Assembly (NCBI GenBank): GCA_958414825.1
Contig: CATYXQ010000002.1
Coordinates: 7,492 to 71,491 of the forward strand
Origin: an uncultured Eubacteriales bacterium
Lineage (GTDB): Bacteria; Bacillota; Clostridia; Oscillospirales; CAG-272
Reading direction: 5' to 3'
DNA length: 64,000 bases
Position numbers and translations under genes: made by a program
Part shown: piece after piece, positions 54,072 to 63,453 of the stretch
Numbering within the stretch: the first letter of the stretch is position 1
Layout of the letters: the number at the start of each line of letters is the position of its first letter
The notes under the pieces: model-generated
Database searches by the model: none
What the model was told of the DNA's origin: nothing
Seen by the model: the letters and a program-made list of their open reading frames with translations, nothing else

Positions 54072-57008
54072 ATGGCGCTGACGCTCGGCATTGACATCGG
54101 TTCGACCACGGCTAAAGCCGTTCTGTTTTCGGACGGCGAAATTTTGTTTGAACAGTACGAACGGCATTTTTCGGCCGTCCGCGAAAAATGCGGGGAGCTT
54201 GTGGAAAAATTGATCCCCCTGACCGGCGGCGCACCGTTTTCCGTGGCCGTTTCGGGGAGCGCGGGGCTTGGACTGGCCAACGCCTGCGGTCTGCCGTTTG
54301 TGCAGGAGGTTTACGCGACTTCCAAAATTGTGGAAAAGCTGGAATCGGACGCGCGCTGCGTGATTGAACTCGGCGGAGAGGACGCTAAAATCATTTTCTT
54401 CGACGGCGGCGTGGACGAGCGGATGAACGGCTCCTGCGCGGGCGGCACCGGCGCGTTTATCGACCAGATGGCCACGCTGCTCGACGTGAGCGTGGACGAA
54501 CTCGACCGCCTCAGTCTCACCTCTGAACGGATTTATCCGATAGCCTCACGCTGCGGTGTGTTTGCCAAAACCGATATTCAGCCGCTGCTCAATCAGGGGG
54601 CGAAAAAAAGCGACCTTGCCATGAGCATATATAAGGCCGTAGTCAATCAGACCATCGCGGGACTTGCGCAGGGCAAGCGCATCCGCGGCAAGGTGCTGTT
54701 TCTCGGCGGCCCGCTCTACTATTGCAAGGGACTTCAGCGCGCGTTTGCCGAAACGCTTGAACTGGATGAAAAGGACGCCGTGTTTCCGGAGTATGCGCGC
54801 TACGCGGTGGCTGCGGGCGCCGCGCTCTATGCGGCTGAGCACGGAGAAACGCTCACGGGCGAAGAACTGCTTTCCCGTATTCGCGAAGCTGAACCGATGC
54901 GAAGCGCCGAATCTCTCGAACCGCTCTTTTTGAGCGTGGAGGAATACGGCGCGTTCCGCGCCCGGCACGAAAAGGATTCAGTGCGCCGCCAGCCGATTGA
55001 ATCCTACAGCGGCCGCGCGTGGCTTGGTATTGACTGCGGCAGCACGACCACAAAGCTCGCGCTGATTTCCGAGGAGCGCGCGCTTCTGTATACATACTAC
55101 GCCTCCAACCGCGGAAATCCCGTGCAGATCGTTCGCGAGCAGCTAAAGGCGATCTACGCCGCCTGCGGCGGGCGCATCCGCATTGCGGGCTGCGCGGTCA
55201 CGGGTTACGGCGAGGAACTCATTAAAAACGCATTTTCGGTTGACTTTGGTCTGGTTGAAACGATTGCGCACTATACTGCAGCAAAATATTTTATGCCCGA
55301 TGTGGATTTTATTCTTGACATCGGCGGCCAGGACATCAAGTGCTTCCGTATCAAAAACGGCGCGATCGACAGCATTATGCTGAACGAAGCCTGCTCGTCC
55401 GGATGCGGTTCTTTCCTTGAAACGTTTGCCAAATCGCTCGGATGTCCAATTGAGGATTTTGCGAGACGCGGCCTGTTTGCCAAGCACCCGGTCAATCTTG
55501 GATCGCGCTGCACGGTGTTTATGAATTCTTCGGTCAAACAGTCTCAAAAGGACGGCGCGACCGTGGAGGACATTTCCGCCGGACTTTCGGTCAGCGTAGT
55601 CAAAAACGCGCTCTATAAAGTGATCCGAGCAGCCAGCGCAGACGAACTCGGCGAGCATGTCGTCGTACAGGGCGGCACGTTCTACAACGACGCGGTGCTC
55701 CGCGCGTTTGAGCGCGAGCTCGGACGGGACGTGACCCGCCCCGACGTCGCGGGGCTGATGGGCGCGTTCGGCGCGGCGCTCTACGCGATGCGTGCGGAAA
55801 CCAGCAGTCTGATTTCGCCTGAGGCGCTGGAAAGCTTTTCGCATACCGCGCGCTCGGCGATTTGCCGGGGCTGTACCAATCAGTGCCATATCACCGTCAA
55901 TACGTTTTCGGACGGCGGGCGTTTCGTTTCGGGCAACCGCTGCGAGCGGGGCGCGGGACTCAAAATAAAAAGCGAGCCGACGCCGAATCTCTATGCATAC
56001 AAGCGGAAAGCGCTCGAAGCGTTTGGCAGCGTTCCGGGCGCGCGCGGCGGCGTCATAGGTCTGCCGCTCGCGCTCGGCATGTACGAGCTTTTGCCGCTCT
56101 GGCACACGCTTTTCACAAGCCTCGGCTTCGGCGTGACCGTCTCGCCGATGTCCAGCCGCCGTCTGTACGAAAAAGGGCAGTTCTCCATTCCCTCGGACAC
56201 GGCCTGCTATCCGGCAAAGCTGATGCACGGCCATATCATGGAACTGCTTGAATCGGGCGCCGACGCAATTTTCTATCCCTGCCTGACCTACAACGTGGAT
56301 GAAAAAAGCGCGGACAATCACTACAACTGCCCGGTCGTAGCCTATTATTCCGAACTTTTGCGCGGCAACGTGGACGAGCTTGAAAAAACGCGCTTTCTCT
56401 GCCCGTATCTCTCGCTGCAAAGTCCGCGCGAGCTTGCGCGCGAGCTATATGCCTGCCTCTCCCTTGCATTTCCCGATGCAAAGCTGACAAAGCGGGAGGT
56501 CGAAAAGGCCGCTCGAAAAGCGTTTGCGGCCTACCGAGCCTTTGAAGCGGGTGTGCGCGCCGAGGGCGAGCGCGCTCTGGCCGAAGCGCGGAAACGGGGA
56601 CTGCGCATCATGATTCTCGCCGGCCGCCCCTATCATATCGACAGCGAAATCTGCCACGGCATCGACCAGCTTGCCGCGTCGCTCGGATTTTGCGTCGTCA
56701 GCGAGGACAGCGTCTGCCATCTGACAAAATCCGCGCCGGTTCGGGTGCTCAACCAGTGGACCTACCATGCGCGGCTCTACCGCGCCGCGCGCTTCGCTGT
56801 GGAAAATCCGGATACGGAGCTTGTGCAGCTTGTTTCGTTCGGATGCGGGGTGGATGCGATCACGACCGACGAGGTTCGGGATATTCTCGAGCGCGGCGGA
56901 AAATTCTATACGCAGCTCAAAATCGACGAGATCACCAATCTCGGCGCGGTCAAAATCCGCCTGCGAAGCCTGCTCGGCGCGCTGGAGGACGGAAAGGAGG
57001 GCGCATGA
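54072..57008 (+). CDS. BCR/HAD-family protein: two BadF/BcrA/HgdC-type ATPase (activase) domains plus a C-terminal dehydratase-related domain (PlsA-like)
   Basis: Two actin-fold ATPase starts, LGIDIGSTTAKAVL (aa 4) and LGIDCGSTTTKLAL (aa ~320). C-terminal domain GLPLALGMYELLPLWHTLFTSLGF...CYPAKLMHGHI. 978 aa. Confidence 0.8.
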   Translation: MALTLGIDIGSTTAKAVLFSDGEILFEQYERHFSAVREKCGELVEKLIPLTGGAPFSVAVSGSAGLGLANACGLPFVQEVYATSKIVEKLESDARCVIELGGEDAKIIFFDGGVDERMNGSCAGGTGAFIDQMATLLDVSVDELDRLSLTSERIYPIASRCGVFAKTDIQPLLNQGAKKSDLAMSIYKAVVNQTIAGLAQGKRIRGKVLFLGGPLYYCKGLQRAFAETLELDEKDAVFPEYARYAVAAGAALYAAEHGETLTGEELLSRIREAEPMRSAESLEPLFLSVEEYGAFRARHEKDSVRRQPIESYSGRAWLGIDCGSTTTKLALISEERALLYTYYASNRGNPVQIVREQLKAIYAACGGRIRIAGCAVTGYGEELIKNAFSVDFGLVETIAHYTAAKYFMPDVDFILDIGGQDIKCFRIKNGAIDSIMLNEACSSGCGSFLETFAKSLGCPIEDFARRGLFAKHPVNLGSRCTVFMNSSVKQSQKDGATVEDISAGLSVSVVKNALYKVIRAASADELGEHVVVQGGTFYNDAVLRAFERELGRDVTRPDVAGLMGAFGAALYAMRAETSSLISPEALESFSHTARSAICRGCTNQCHITVNTFSDGGRFVSGNRCERGAGLKIKSEPTPNLYAYKRKALEAFGSVPGARGGVIGLPLALGMYELLPLWHTLFTSLGFGVTVSPMSSRRLYEKGQFSIPSDTACYPAKLMHGHIMELLESGADAIFYPCLTYNVDEKSADNHYNCPVVAYYSELLRGNVDELEKTRFLCPYLSLQSPRELARELYACLSLAFPDAKLTKREVEKAARKAFAAYRAFEAGVRAEGERALAEARKRGLRIMILAGRPYHIDSEICHGIDQLAASLGFCVVSEDSVCHLTKSAPVRVLNQWTYHARLYRAARFAVENPDTELVQLVSFGCGVDAITTDEVRDILERGGKFYTQLKIDEITNLGAVKIRLRSLLGALEDGKEGA

Positions 57009-58243
57009 ATCAAAAAACCTACGTTCCTTTTACGAAGGAGATGAAAAAAACCTATACCATTCTTGCGCCGAACATGCTGCCCATTCACTTTGAACTGATT
57101 TTGCAGGTTCTGCGCAACGAGGGTTATAAAATCGATCTGCTCAAAACGACCGGTTCCGAAATCATTGAGACCGGTTTGAAATATGTACATAACGACACCT
57201 GTTATCCCGCGATTTTGGTCATCGGCCAGTTTATCCACGCGATTCAGAGCGGTAAATACGACCCGCGCAAGGTCGCGCTGATCTATTTTCAGACCGGAGG
57301 CGGATGCCGCGCGTCCAACTATATTTTTCTTCTGCGCAAGGCGCTCCAGCGCGCGGGATACGATTATATTCCGGTTATTTCATTCAGCATGGCCGGGCTT
57401 GAAAAGCATCCCGGCTTTTCACCCGGAATCGGGACGCTGCACCGCATGATGTACGCGCTGCTCTACGCCGATCTTTTGATGTCGCTTGTCGGCCAGACCC
57501 GCCCGTATGAGTTGCAGCGCGGCAGCGCGCAGGCGCTCGCCGACGAATTTTGCCGCAGTCTCGCGGATGAAATGCAGCGAAACGGCGTTTCCTGGCGGCG
57601 TGTCAAGCCGCGAATGCGCGAGATTATACAGCGTTTTGCTGAAATTCCGTGCGATAGGTCGGTCAAAAAACCGCTGTGCGGCGTGGTCGGCGAAATCTAT
57701 GTGAAGTTTTCGCCGCTCGGCAACAACAACCTCGAGCAGTTTCTGACCGACAACGGCGCGGAGGTCGCGCTTCCGGGGCTGATGAACTTTATGCTCTACT
57801 GTCTGTATAACCAAGTCACCGACTACGCGCTTTACCGGCGCGGTCGGGTTACGCATATCGCCGCCGGCGTCGCCATGCGCTTTATTCTGCAAAAGCAGCG
57901 GGAGGTTGCGGCGCTCTACAGGGAGTCGGGTATATTCCGCGCGCCTGAGGACTTTGCGCATACGGTTGAACTCGCTGAGAAATGCATCGGCCACGGCTGC
58001 AAAATGGGCGAGGGCTGGCTCTTGCCCGCTGAAATGCTCGCGCTTGCCGATTCGGGCGTGCGCAATATCGTCTGCGCGCAGCCGTTCGGCTGCCTGCCGA
58101 ATCATATCTGCGGCAAAGGCATGATGAAGCCGATTAAGGAGGCCTATCCTGAGGCCAATATCGTGGCTATAGACTACGACGCTTCCGCCTCCCGCGTCAA
58201 TCAGGAAAACCGGCTCAAGCTGATGCTTTCAAACGCGCGGTAA
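57005..58243 (+). CDS. 2-hydroxyacyl-CoA-dehydratase-like subunit (PlsR-like)
   Basis: ATG 57005 overlaps the upstream stop (ATGA). MNQKTYVPFTKEMKKTYTILAPNMLPIHFELI...NDTCYPAILVIGQF...GGGCRASNY. Conserved Cys residues typical of HgdA/B-like proteins. Confidence 0.75.
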   Translation: MNQKTYVPFTKEMKKTYTILAPNMLPIHFELILQVLRNEGYKIDLLKTTGSEIIETGLKYVHNDTCYPAILVIGQFIHAIQSGKYDPRKVALIYFQTGGGCRASNYIFLLRKALQRAGYDYIPVISFSMAGLEKHPGFSPGIGTLHRMMYALLYADLLMSLVGQTRPYELQRGSAQALADEFCRSLADEMQRNGVSWRRVKPRMREIIQRFAEIPCDRSVKKPLCGVVGEIYVKFSPLGNNNLEQFLTDNGAEVALPGLMNFMLYCLYNQVTDYALYRRGRVTHIAAGVAMRFILQKQREVAALYRESGIFRAPEDFAHTVELAEKCIGHGCKMGEGWLLPAEMLALADSGVRNIVCAQPFGCLPNHICGKGMMKPIKEAYPEANIVAIDYDASASRVNQENRLKLMLSNAR

Positions 58244-58267
58244 TCAAATCGGAACCAAATAGAAACG

Positions 58268-58297
58268 AAAAAAGCGCCCCCAAGGGCGCTTTTTTCT
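58268..58297. terminator. Bidirectional terminator between convergent operons
   Basis: aaaaaagcgccc ccaa gggcgctttttt. Confidence 0.8.
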
Positions 58298-58322
58298 CTG
58301 AAAAGCTTTGATTATCGGGTAC

Positions 58323-61300
58323 TTACAGTATCCGCATGTCGGGCTTTGCGATTCGGGTGAAAATCGCGCAGGCTTCGCTGCGGCTGATTTCATCGCCTGG
58401 ACGATAGTTGCCCGTTCCCGTGTCTCCGCTGACAATGCCTGCGCGGTAGAGTCTGGTTACAGCTGCGTAGCAGTCCGCGTCCTTTGGAACATCCGGGCAC
58501 TGACCCGCGCGGACAGCCGTGTACTCGGTATCCGGAAGCACGTTTGCAAATACGAGCGCCATCTCGCCGCGCGTGATGTTTTTGTCGTAGTCCGAAAACG
58601 ACGACGCGGAGGCGACGCCGTTTTTCACGCAGTAATCCACATACGGCGCGTACCACGCTTCGCCCGCTTTGGCGGGCGAAACCGTCTCGCCGCAGTAAAC
58701 GGCGCGGATATTGGCTGCGGTCGTCAGCGCCTGTGCAACCGTGAATTTTGCGTCCGGAGAGAAGGCTTTGTCGCTTGTACCGTTTACAAGCGCGTATTCG
58801 TAGGCCAGCTTTACATAGCCGTAAAACCATTTGTCAGCAGGAACGTCTAAAAACGAATTGTCATAGGCGCGCATCGTCTGAAACGCGCCGCTTTTGTTTT
58901 CCGAAGCGTTCTGAAAGCCGCTGATTCGATTTGCAATCGGCATCGGATTGACCGCCGCTGTAAAGACCGTATCAAGAGCGGGCGGCGCGCCGAGATAGGG
59001 AACGCCGTTTTGGTAGTCCAGCTTTTGAATGAAGATGCTGCGGTTGTAGCGGTTGTTTGCGTGCAGCTTTGCATGGTAGACCGCGTATACCTCGCTTCCG
59101 TTGGGCGACTGCGTGAAAACCGTGGCGCCGGGCGCGAAGATTTCATATTGATTGTCGCGCTGCTGCATCGGGTTTTCAAGTTTTTCCCAGGAGAGCGCCG
59201 ACAAAAGGTTGGTTCCGGTCAGTTTCAGAAGGCCGGTGCAGTAGTCGTCGCCGTCCGCGTAATTTGCCGCATAGGCGATGTAGAGCGTGCCGTCGCTGCC
59301 GTATACCGGGAACGGTCCCTCGATAATATCATAGCCCTCCCACGCTTTGTCCGGTACGGCTATTGCAATCACGTTCGCCGCAAACGAGGTGGGCGAGGAC
59401 AGACGGCCGATCACGAGCGTTTGCTTATGCCGGGAGGTCGTATTGTCGGACGCCGACATAAATACGCTGCTGATATAGTAGCGCTCCCCGCCGTATTCAA
59501 AGATTCGCGGGCTGAGCCACGACCAGACGTTCGCATCCAGATTTTGCATACCGGCAAGTTTTGTGTAGCTTCCCATCGGGTCGTCTGCATTTGCTTTCAG
59601 AACCATCGGGACACGCTGCACCAGCGTGGATACCGAGGAGGAAACCGACGCATAGATATACCAAGTGCCGTCAAAGCAGTAGATCTGCGGCGCCCAGATG
59701 CTCTCAATGCCCGAACCGCTCTCAGCGGTATAGACTACTTTGGCCTGCGTAGCGCCGACGTCCGCGAGGTTTGCCGCGCGGGAGAGCGAGATGCACGGTC
59801 TGCCGGCGTTGGTTGACGCGCGGACATAGTAGTACCAGCCGTCGTAAAAATAGACGCTCGGATCCGCGCCGTAAGCGATGATCGGGTTTTGGTAGGTCAT
59901 GGTTCCGCTGCATACGGCGTCAAGGTCGATGGAAGATGCGAGCGACGAGGAATTGGTTCCGGGAACGCCCTCGGTTCCGCGCACGGAGCCGACGCAGCGC
60001 AGGTCGCCGCCCGTGATATTCAGCAGATAGCGGCCGTTCAATTGATTCTTTGCGGGATTTTCCACAGCGGCAATGTCGCCGTGAAACTCACCGCCCGATA
60101 TGTTCAGTGTGACGTCGCCGGTAACGGTGCTAATGTCGTTGTCCACATTCGCGGGCGTTGCCATACCGAAAATACCGCCGTAGAATTTGCCGCCCGATAT
60201 GTTCAGCGTGATGCTGCCGTTTTGGCTGTTTTTGCCCGTGCCGCACACGCTGTTGTAAAAGCTGCCGCCGCGAATGTCAATGACGCTGTTGCCGGTGACT
60301 GTGCGCAGCGTGGACGCGCCGCCATGCGCGCGCTCATTGCCGCATCGAAGCGCTTCCCATGCGCCGCTTTCGATCACCAGATTTGTCGGGGAGAGGCCGA
60401 GCGAAGAAGCGCTCGAACTTAAAAGACGGCTGCCTGTAAAGATGTTGATATATTCGGTCACACCGCCGTCGATGTTGGTCGTGCAGCGAATGTCCGCGCC
60501 GAATGTCGTATCGTTGCCGCCGCAGTAAATGAAAGCGCCGTTGCTCCGGCTTTCAAAGTCGATATGCTCAAAGCGCGTTTGGCCGCCGAGCGTAAGCGTG
60601 CCTGAAAGCTCTATGGCCGCGCCGTTTTCTTCTCGGAAATCCACGCCGCCGTATACGCTTGTGACGGTCAGTCTGCCGTCGGACGCCGGAAGCGTCGCGT
60701 CCTTGACTCGAAGCGGCGCGCAGACGACGATAGTGCCGCCGTCGGCGCCGAGCGCGCGTGCGGCGCTGACTAAAGAGGGCATGGGGGTAAGCGAACTGAG
60801 TCCGTCGCCGCCCGCTTTGCCGCCGACAAAGACAACGCCCTCTCCCGCAGAGATGTTGACCGGTTCCGAAGTATTTTCATTGACGCTGACGTCTCCCACA
60901 ACGTCAAAACCGGAAAGCTTGGATACGAGCGCATCGGGCACCTCGCAGGCTGCCGTGCCGCGCACGCGCGGCGCGCTCAGACTTTGCAGCGCGGTGAATT
61001 TGCCGCCGGTGATTTCAAGCGAGTAGTTGCCGCCGATATAGGAGGCCATTTCGGACTGCACGGTTGAAACCGTGCTGCCGCGGAACTCGCCGCCCGTGAT
61101 TTTGATGCGCACATCCCCGTCATAATACGCGGTATACCGACCGCTGTTATTGCCCGGCCGTGCGATGGCGTAGATCGGACAGTTAAAGATGCCGCCGGTG
61201 ATTTCAAGCGAATAGTCGCCGTCCTGGGCAGCGTATCCGCCGACCGAGATCATCGCGTCGGCCTGATTGGCCGCTTTTCCGGTAAAGGAGCCGCCGCCGA

Positions 61301-61964
61301 TGACGACGCGCACGTTTCCGGTCGCGCCCATCGCGCTTTCGTTTGAGGTGCGTTTGTTGGAGCCGTTGACCATATACCAGACGCCGCTGTTTACCGTTAT
61401 TGTGTAATCATAATAGCTGACCGCCTCGGCCGTCATGGTATTGGAATTGATATACATGCCGCCGACAATGGTCATATACTCGCCTGAGGCGCGCGTGCAG
61501 ACCACGCCGTCGCCTATTGTCAGCGAATTGCCCTTGCAGATCAGCTGATTGAAGTAAAAGCTGCTGCTGTCATGGATTTTGATATTTTGAAATTCGGTTT
61601 CCCCGCCGAGATAGGTATAGCCGCCGAGCGTCAGAACCGCGTTTTTGGTCTTTGCATAATCGACGCCCTCCCATAAGCTGGTCAGGGTGACTTTGCCGGT
61701 GCTGCGCGGCAGATTCAGCGCCGAGCCTTCCAGCGTCAGCGGACCGCAGACCACTACCGTACCGCCTGACTTTACGATGTCATAGGCCGAAGACAGCGTT
61801 TTTTTGGCCGTTTCGGGACTTAGACCGTCCGCCGTATTGCTGCCGGCGTCGCAGACAAAGACGACGGGATTTGCGTTTTGGTTGGCGGCTTCGCAGATCT
61901 CCGAGGCGACCGGCGCAAGACACAAAAGCAGCATACAGAGCAATTGTTTCATCATTTTCCTCAT
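58323..61964 (-). CDS. Cell-surface enzyme: two beta-helix-like modules, a GH43-like five-bladed propeller, and three C-terminal SLH domains
   Basis: Signal peptide MRKMMKQLLCMLLLCLAPVAS. GH43-like motifs YGADPSVYFYDGWYYY, IWAPQIYCFDGTWYIY and DIIEGPFP. SLH-like C-terminus (FLDVPADKWFYGYVKLAYEYALVNG...; DVPKDADCYAAVTRLYRAGIVSG...). RBS ggagg. Confidence 0.85.
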   Translation of the reverse strand: MRKMMKQLLCMLLLCLAPVASEICEAANQNANPVVFVCDAGSNTADGLSPETAKKTLSSAYDIVKSGGTVVVCGPLTLEGSALNLPRSTGKVTLTSLWEGVDYAKTKNAVLTLGGYTYLGGETEFQNIKIHDSSSFYFNQLICKGNSLTIGDGVVCTRASGEYMTIVGGMYINSNTMTAEAVSYYDYTITVNSGVWYMVNGSNKRTSNESAMGATGNVRVVIGGGSFTGKAANQADAMISVGGYAAQDGDYSLEITGGIFNCPIYAIARPGNNSGRYTAYYDGDVRIKITGGEFRGSTVSTVQSEMASYIGGNYSLEITGGKFTALQSLSAPRVRGTAACEVPDALVSKLSGFDVVGDVSVNENTSEPVNISAGEGVVFVGGKAGGDGLSSLTPMPSLVSAARALGADGGTIVVCAPLRVKDATLPASDGRLTVTSVYGGVDFREENGAAIELSGTLTLGGQTRFEHIDFESRSNGAFIYCGGNDTTFGADIRCTTNIDGGVTEYINIFTGSRLLSSSASSLGLSPTNLVIESGAWEALRCGNERAHGGASTLRTVTGNSVIDIRGGSFYNSVCGTGKNSQNGSITLNISGGKFYGGIFGMATPANVDNDISTVTGDVTLNISGGEFHGDIAAVENPAKNQLNGRYLLNITGGDLRCVGSVRGTEGVPGTNSSSLASSIDLDAVCSGTMTYQNPIIAYGADPSVYFYDGWYYYVRASTNAGRPCISLSRAANLADVGATQAKVVYTAESGSGIESIWAPQIYCFDGTWYIYASVSSSVSTLVQRVPMVLKANADDPMGSYTKLAGMQNLDANVWSWLSPRIFEYGGERYYISSVFMSASDNTTSRHKQTLVIGRLSSPTSFAANVIAIAVPDKAWEGYDIIEGPFPVYGSDGTLYIAYAANYADGDDYCTGLLKLTGTNLLSALSWEKLENPMQQRDNQYEIFAPGATVFTQSPNGSEVYAVYHAKLHANNRYNRSIFIQKLDYQNGVPYLGAPPALDTVFTAAVNPMPIANRISGFQNASENKSGAFQTMRAYDNSFLDVPADKWFYGYVKLAYEYALVNGTSDKAFSPDAKFTVAQALTTAANIRAVYCGETVSPAKAGEAWYAPYVDYCVKNGVASASSFSDYDKNITRGEMALVFANVLPDTEYTAVRAGQCPDVPKDADCYAAVTRLYRAGIVSGDTGTGNYRPGDEISRSEACAIFTRIAKPDMRIL

Positions 61965-61979
61965 TACGGTCCTCCGGTA

Positions 61980-63449
61980 TTATTTGTTTGCGGCGATCTG
62001 TTCAAACATCAGATTGATTTGCTCAATCCGCTTGGACGCCGCGGTATAGTGGGACGCAAATGTAGACGCGAACGTATAGCTGCCCGGACGGAACAGGTAA
62101 ATCAGTTCCTTGTTGATGTTGTCCGGCTGCACATAAAAGCCGATGTCATAGCATCTCGATTCGGCGAGCAAAGACAGCATTTTTTCGCTTTCCTCGTCGC
62201 GGAAATACTGTCCGGTCAGCGTCGCTTCATAGTAGGCGGGCGTTACCGTCTCCCGGCCGTAGTAGCCGAGCGCTTCGAGCACTGCGGCGCTCATGTCCGG
62301 ATCCTCGCACACCGACGGAATGCAGACAAAGTTCATATGATAGGGAGAGGGCGTGGTATAATATCTGTCCTGATCCGCGCTGTATTTCGGGAAAGGCAGG
62401 ATGCCGTAGTCGGTCTCCTTGTCGCGGTAGTTGGACAGAACCGAGAGGCGCGTCAAAAAGAACAGCGCGCGGTCTTCGATAAACATGTCGTTTTCGCCGC
62501 CTGAGAAGCGCTGATAGTTTATCGCGTCGCCGCCGAAGCAGATGTCGGTGTATTGGGTCAGCGCATCGATCGCCGTCTCGTTGCCCTCGGTCAGCGACAG
62601 GGCAAGCCGACCGTTTTCGTCTCTTGTGATGACCTTTTGTCCCGCGCTGTTGAGCACGCCATAGACCGTGTCGTCCCAGGTCAGGATGCCGTAGCGGTCG
62701 GACATGTCGTATGTGCCGGAGTTGTCGAGATCTTCAGTCACGCCCTTGGCAAGGGCGGCCATCGCCTCATAGGTCCATTCTCCGCGTTCGACCAGTTCAT
62801 AGGGGTCGTAGCCGAAGACCTCGCTTCGGTTGTAGTTCTTCCACATTTCCTTGTTGAATGCGACGCAGTACTGCATCATGTCGTCCCAGAACGTGATGTC
62901 GCCGGTGGTAAAATACATCTGCCCCATCACCGTCAGTTCCTCGGTCGCGCGCGCGTCCCACCAGGGGTTTGAAATGTCGAGCTTGTCGAGGTCATACAGA
63001 TTGTACAGGGCGTTTGTGTAGGCGAGCGGAACCACGTCGTAGGCCGCAATCACCGCCGCGTCATAGTCGGTGTCGCCCGCCGTATAGCCGGCATACAGTT
63101 CGTTGTAGCCGTGGTTGCCGTATTTAAAGATCGTTTTTGTAATCAGGGAAACGCCTACGGCCTCCTCCACCTGCGCTTTCCGCATTTCCACAGCGGATGA
63201 GAGCGTTTCTCCGATCATTTCCGAGGCTTCAAAATCGTTTACCGTGTCGGGGCCGTTGGCGGTCAGCAGAATGTGAAACTCCCTGCCGCCGAAGTCTGCG
63301 CCCTCAAATGAGAGGGGCTCTCTTGCGGTTGTGATTTCGGTGGATTCGGTATCCGTGGTTTGGCTTGGCGGCGTCTCTTCGCCGCAGGATGAGAGCGGCA
63401 GCAGCATCAGAAGCGCCGCTGCGCCCGCGAGGAATCTTTTGCTTGTCAT
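61980..63449 (-). CDS. ABC transporter extracellular solute-binding lipoprotein (carbohydrate type)
   Basis: ATG 63449 (MTSKRFLAGAAALLMLLPLSSCGEE, with lipobox LSSC) after aaaggaga. About 490 aa, as in family-1 sugar binding proteins. Confidence 0.8.
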   Translation of the reverse strand: MTSKRFLAGAAALLMLLPLSSCGEETPPSQTTDTESTEITTAREPLSFEGADFGGREFHILLTANGPDTVNDFEASEMIGETLSSAVEMRKAQVEEAVGVSLITKTIFKYGNHGYNELYAGYTAGDTDYDAAVIAAYDVVPLAYTNALYNLYDLDKLDISNPWWDARATEELTVMGQMYFTTGDITFWDDMMQYCVAFNKEMWKNYNRSEVFGYDPYELVERGEWTYEAMAALAKGVTEDLDNSGTYDMSDRYGILTWDDTVYGVLNSAGQKVITRDENGRLALSLTEGNETAIDALTQYTDICFGGDAINYQRFSGGENDMFIEDRALFFLTRLSVLSNYRDKETDYGILPFPKYSADQDRYYTTPSPYHMNFVCIPSVCEDPDMSAAVLEALGYYGRETVTPAYYEATLTGQYFRDEESEKMLSLLAESRCYDIGFYVQPDNINKELIYLFRPGSYTFASTFASHYTAASKRIEQINLMFEQIAANK

Positions 63450-63453
63450 CGTC

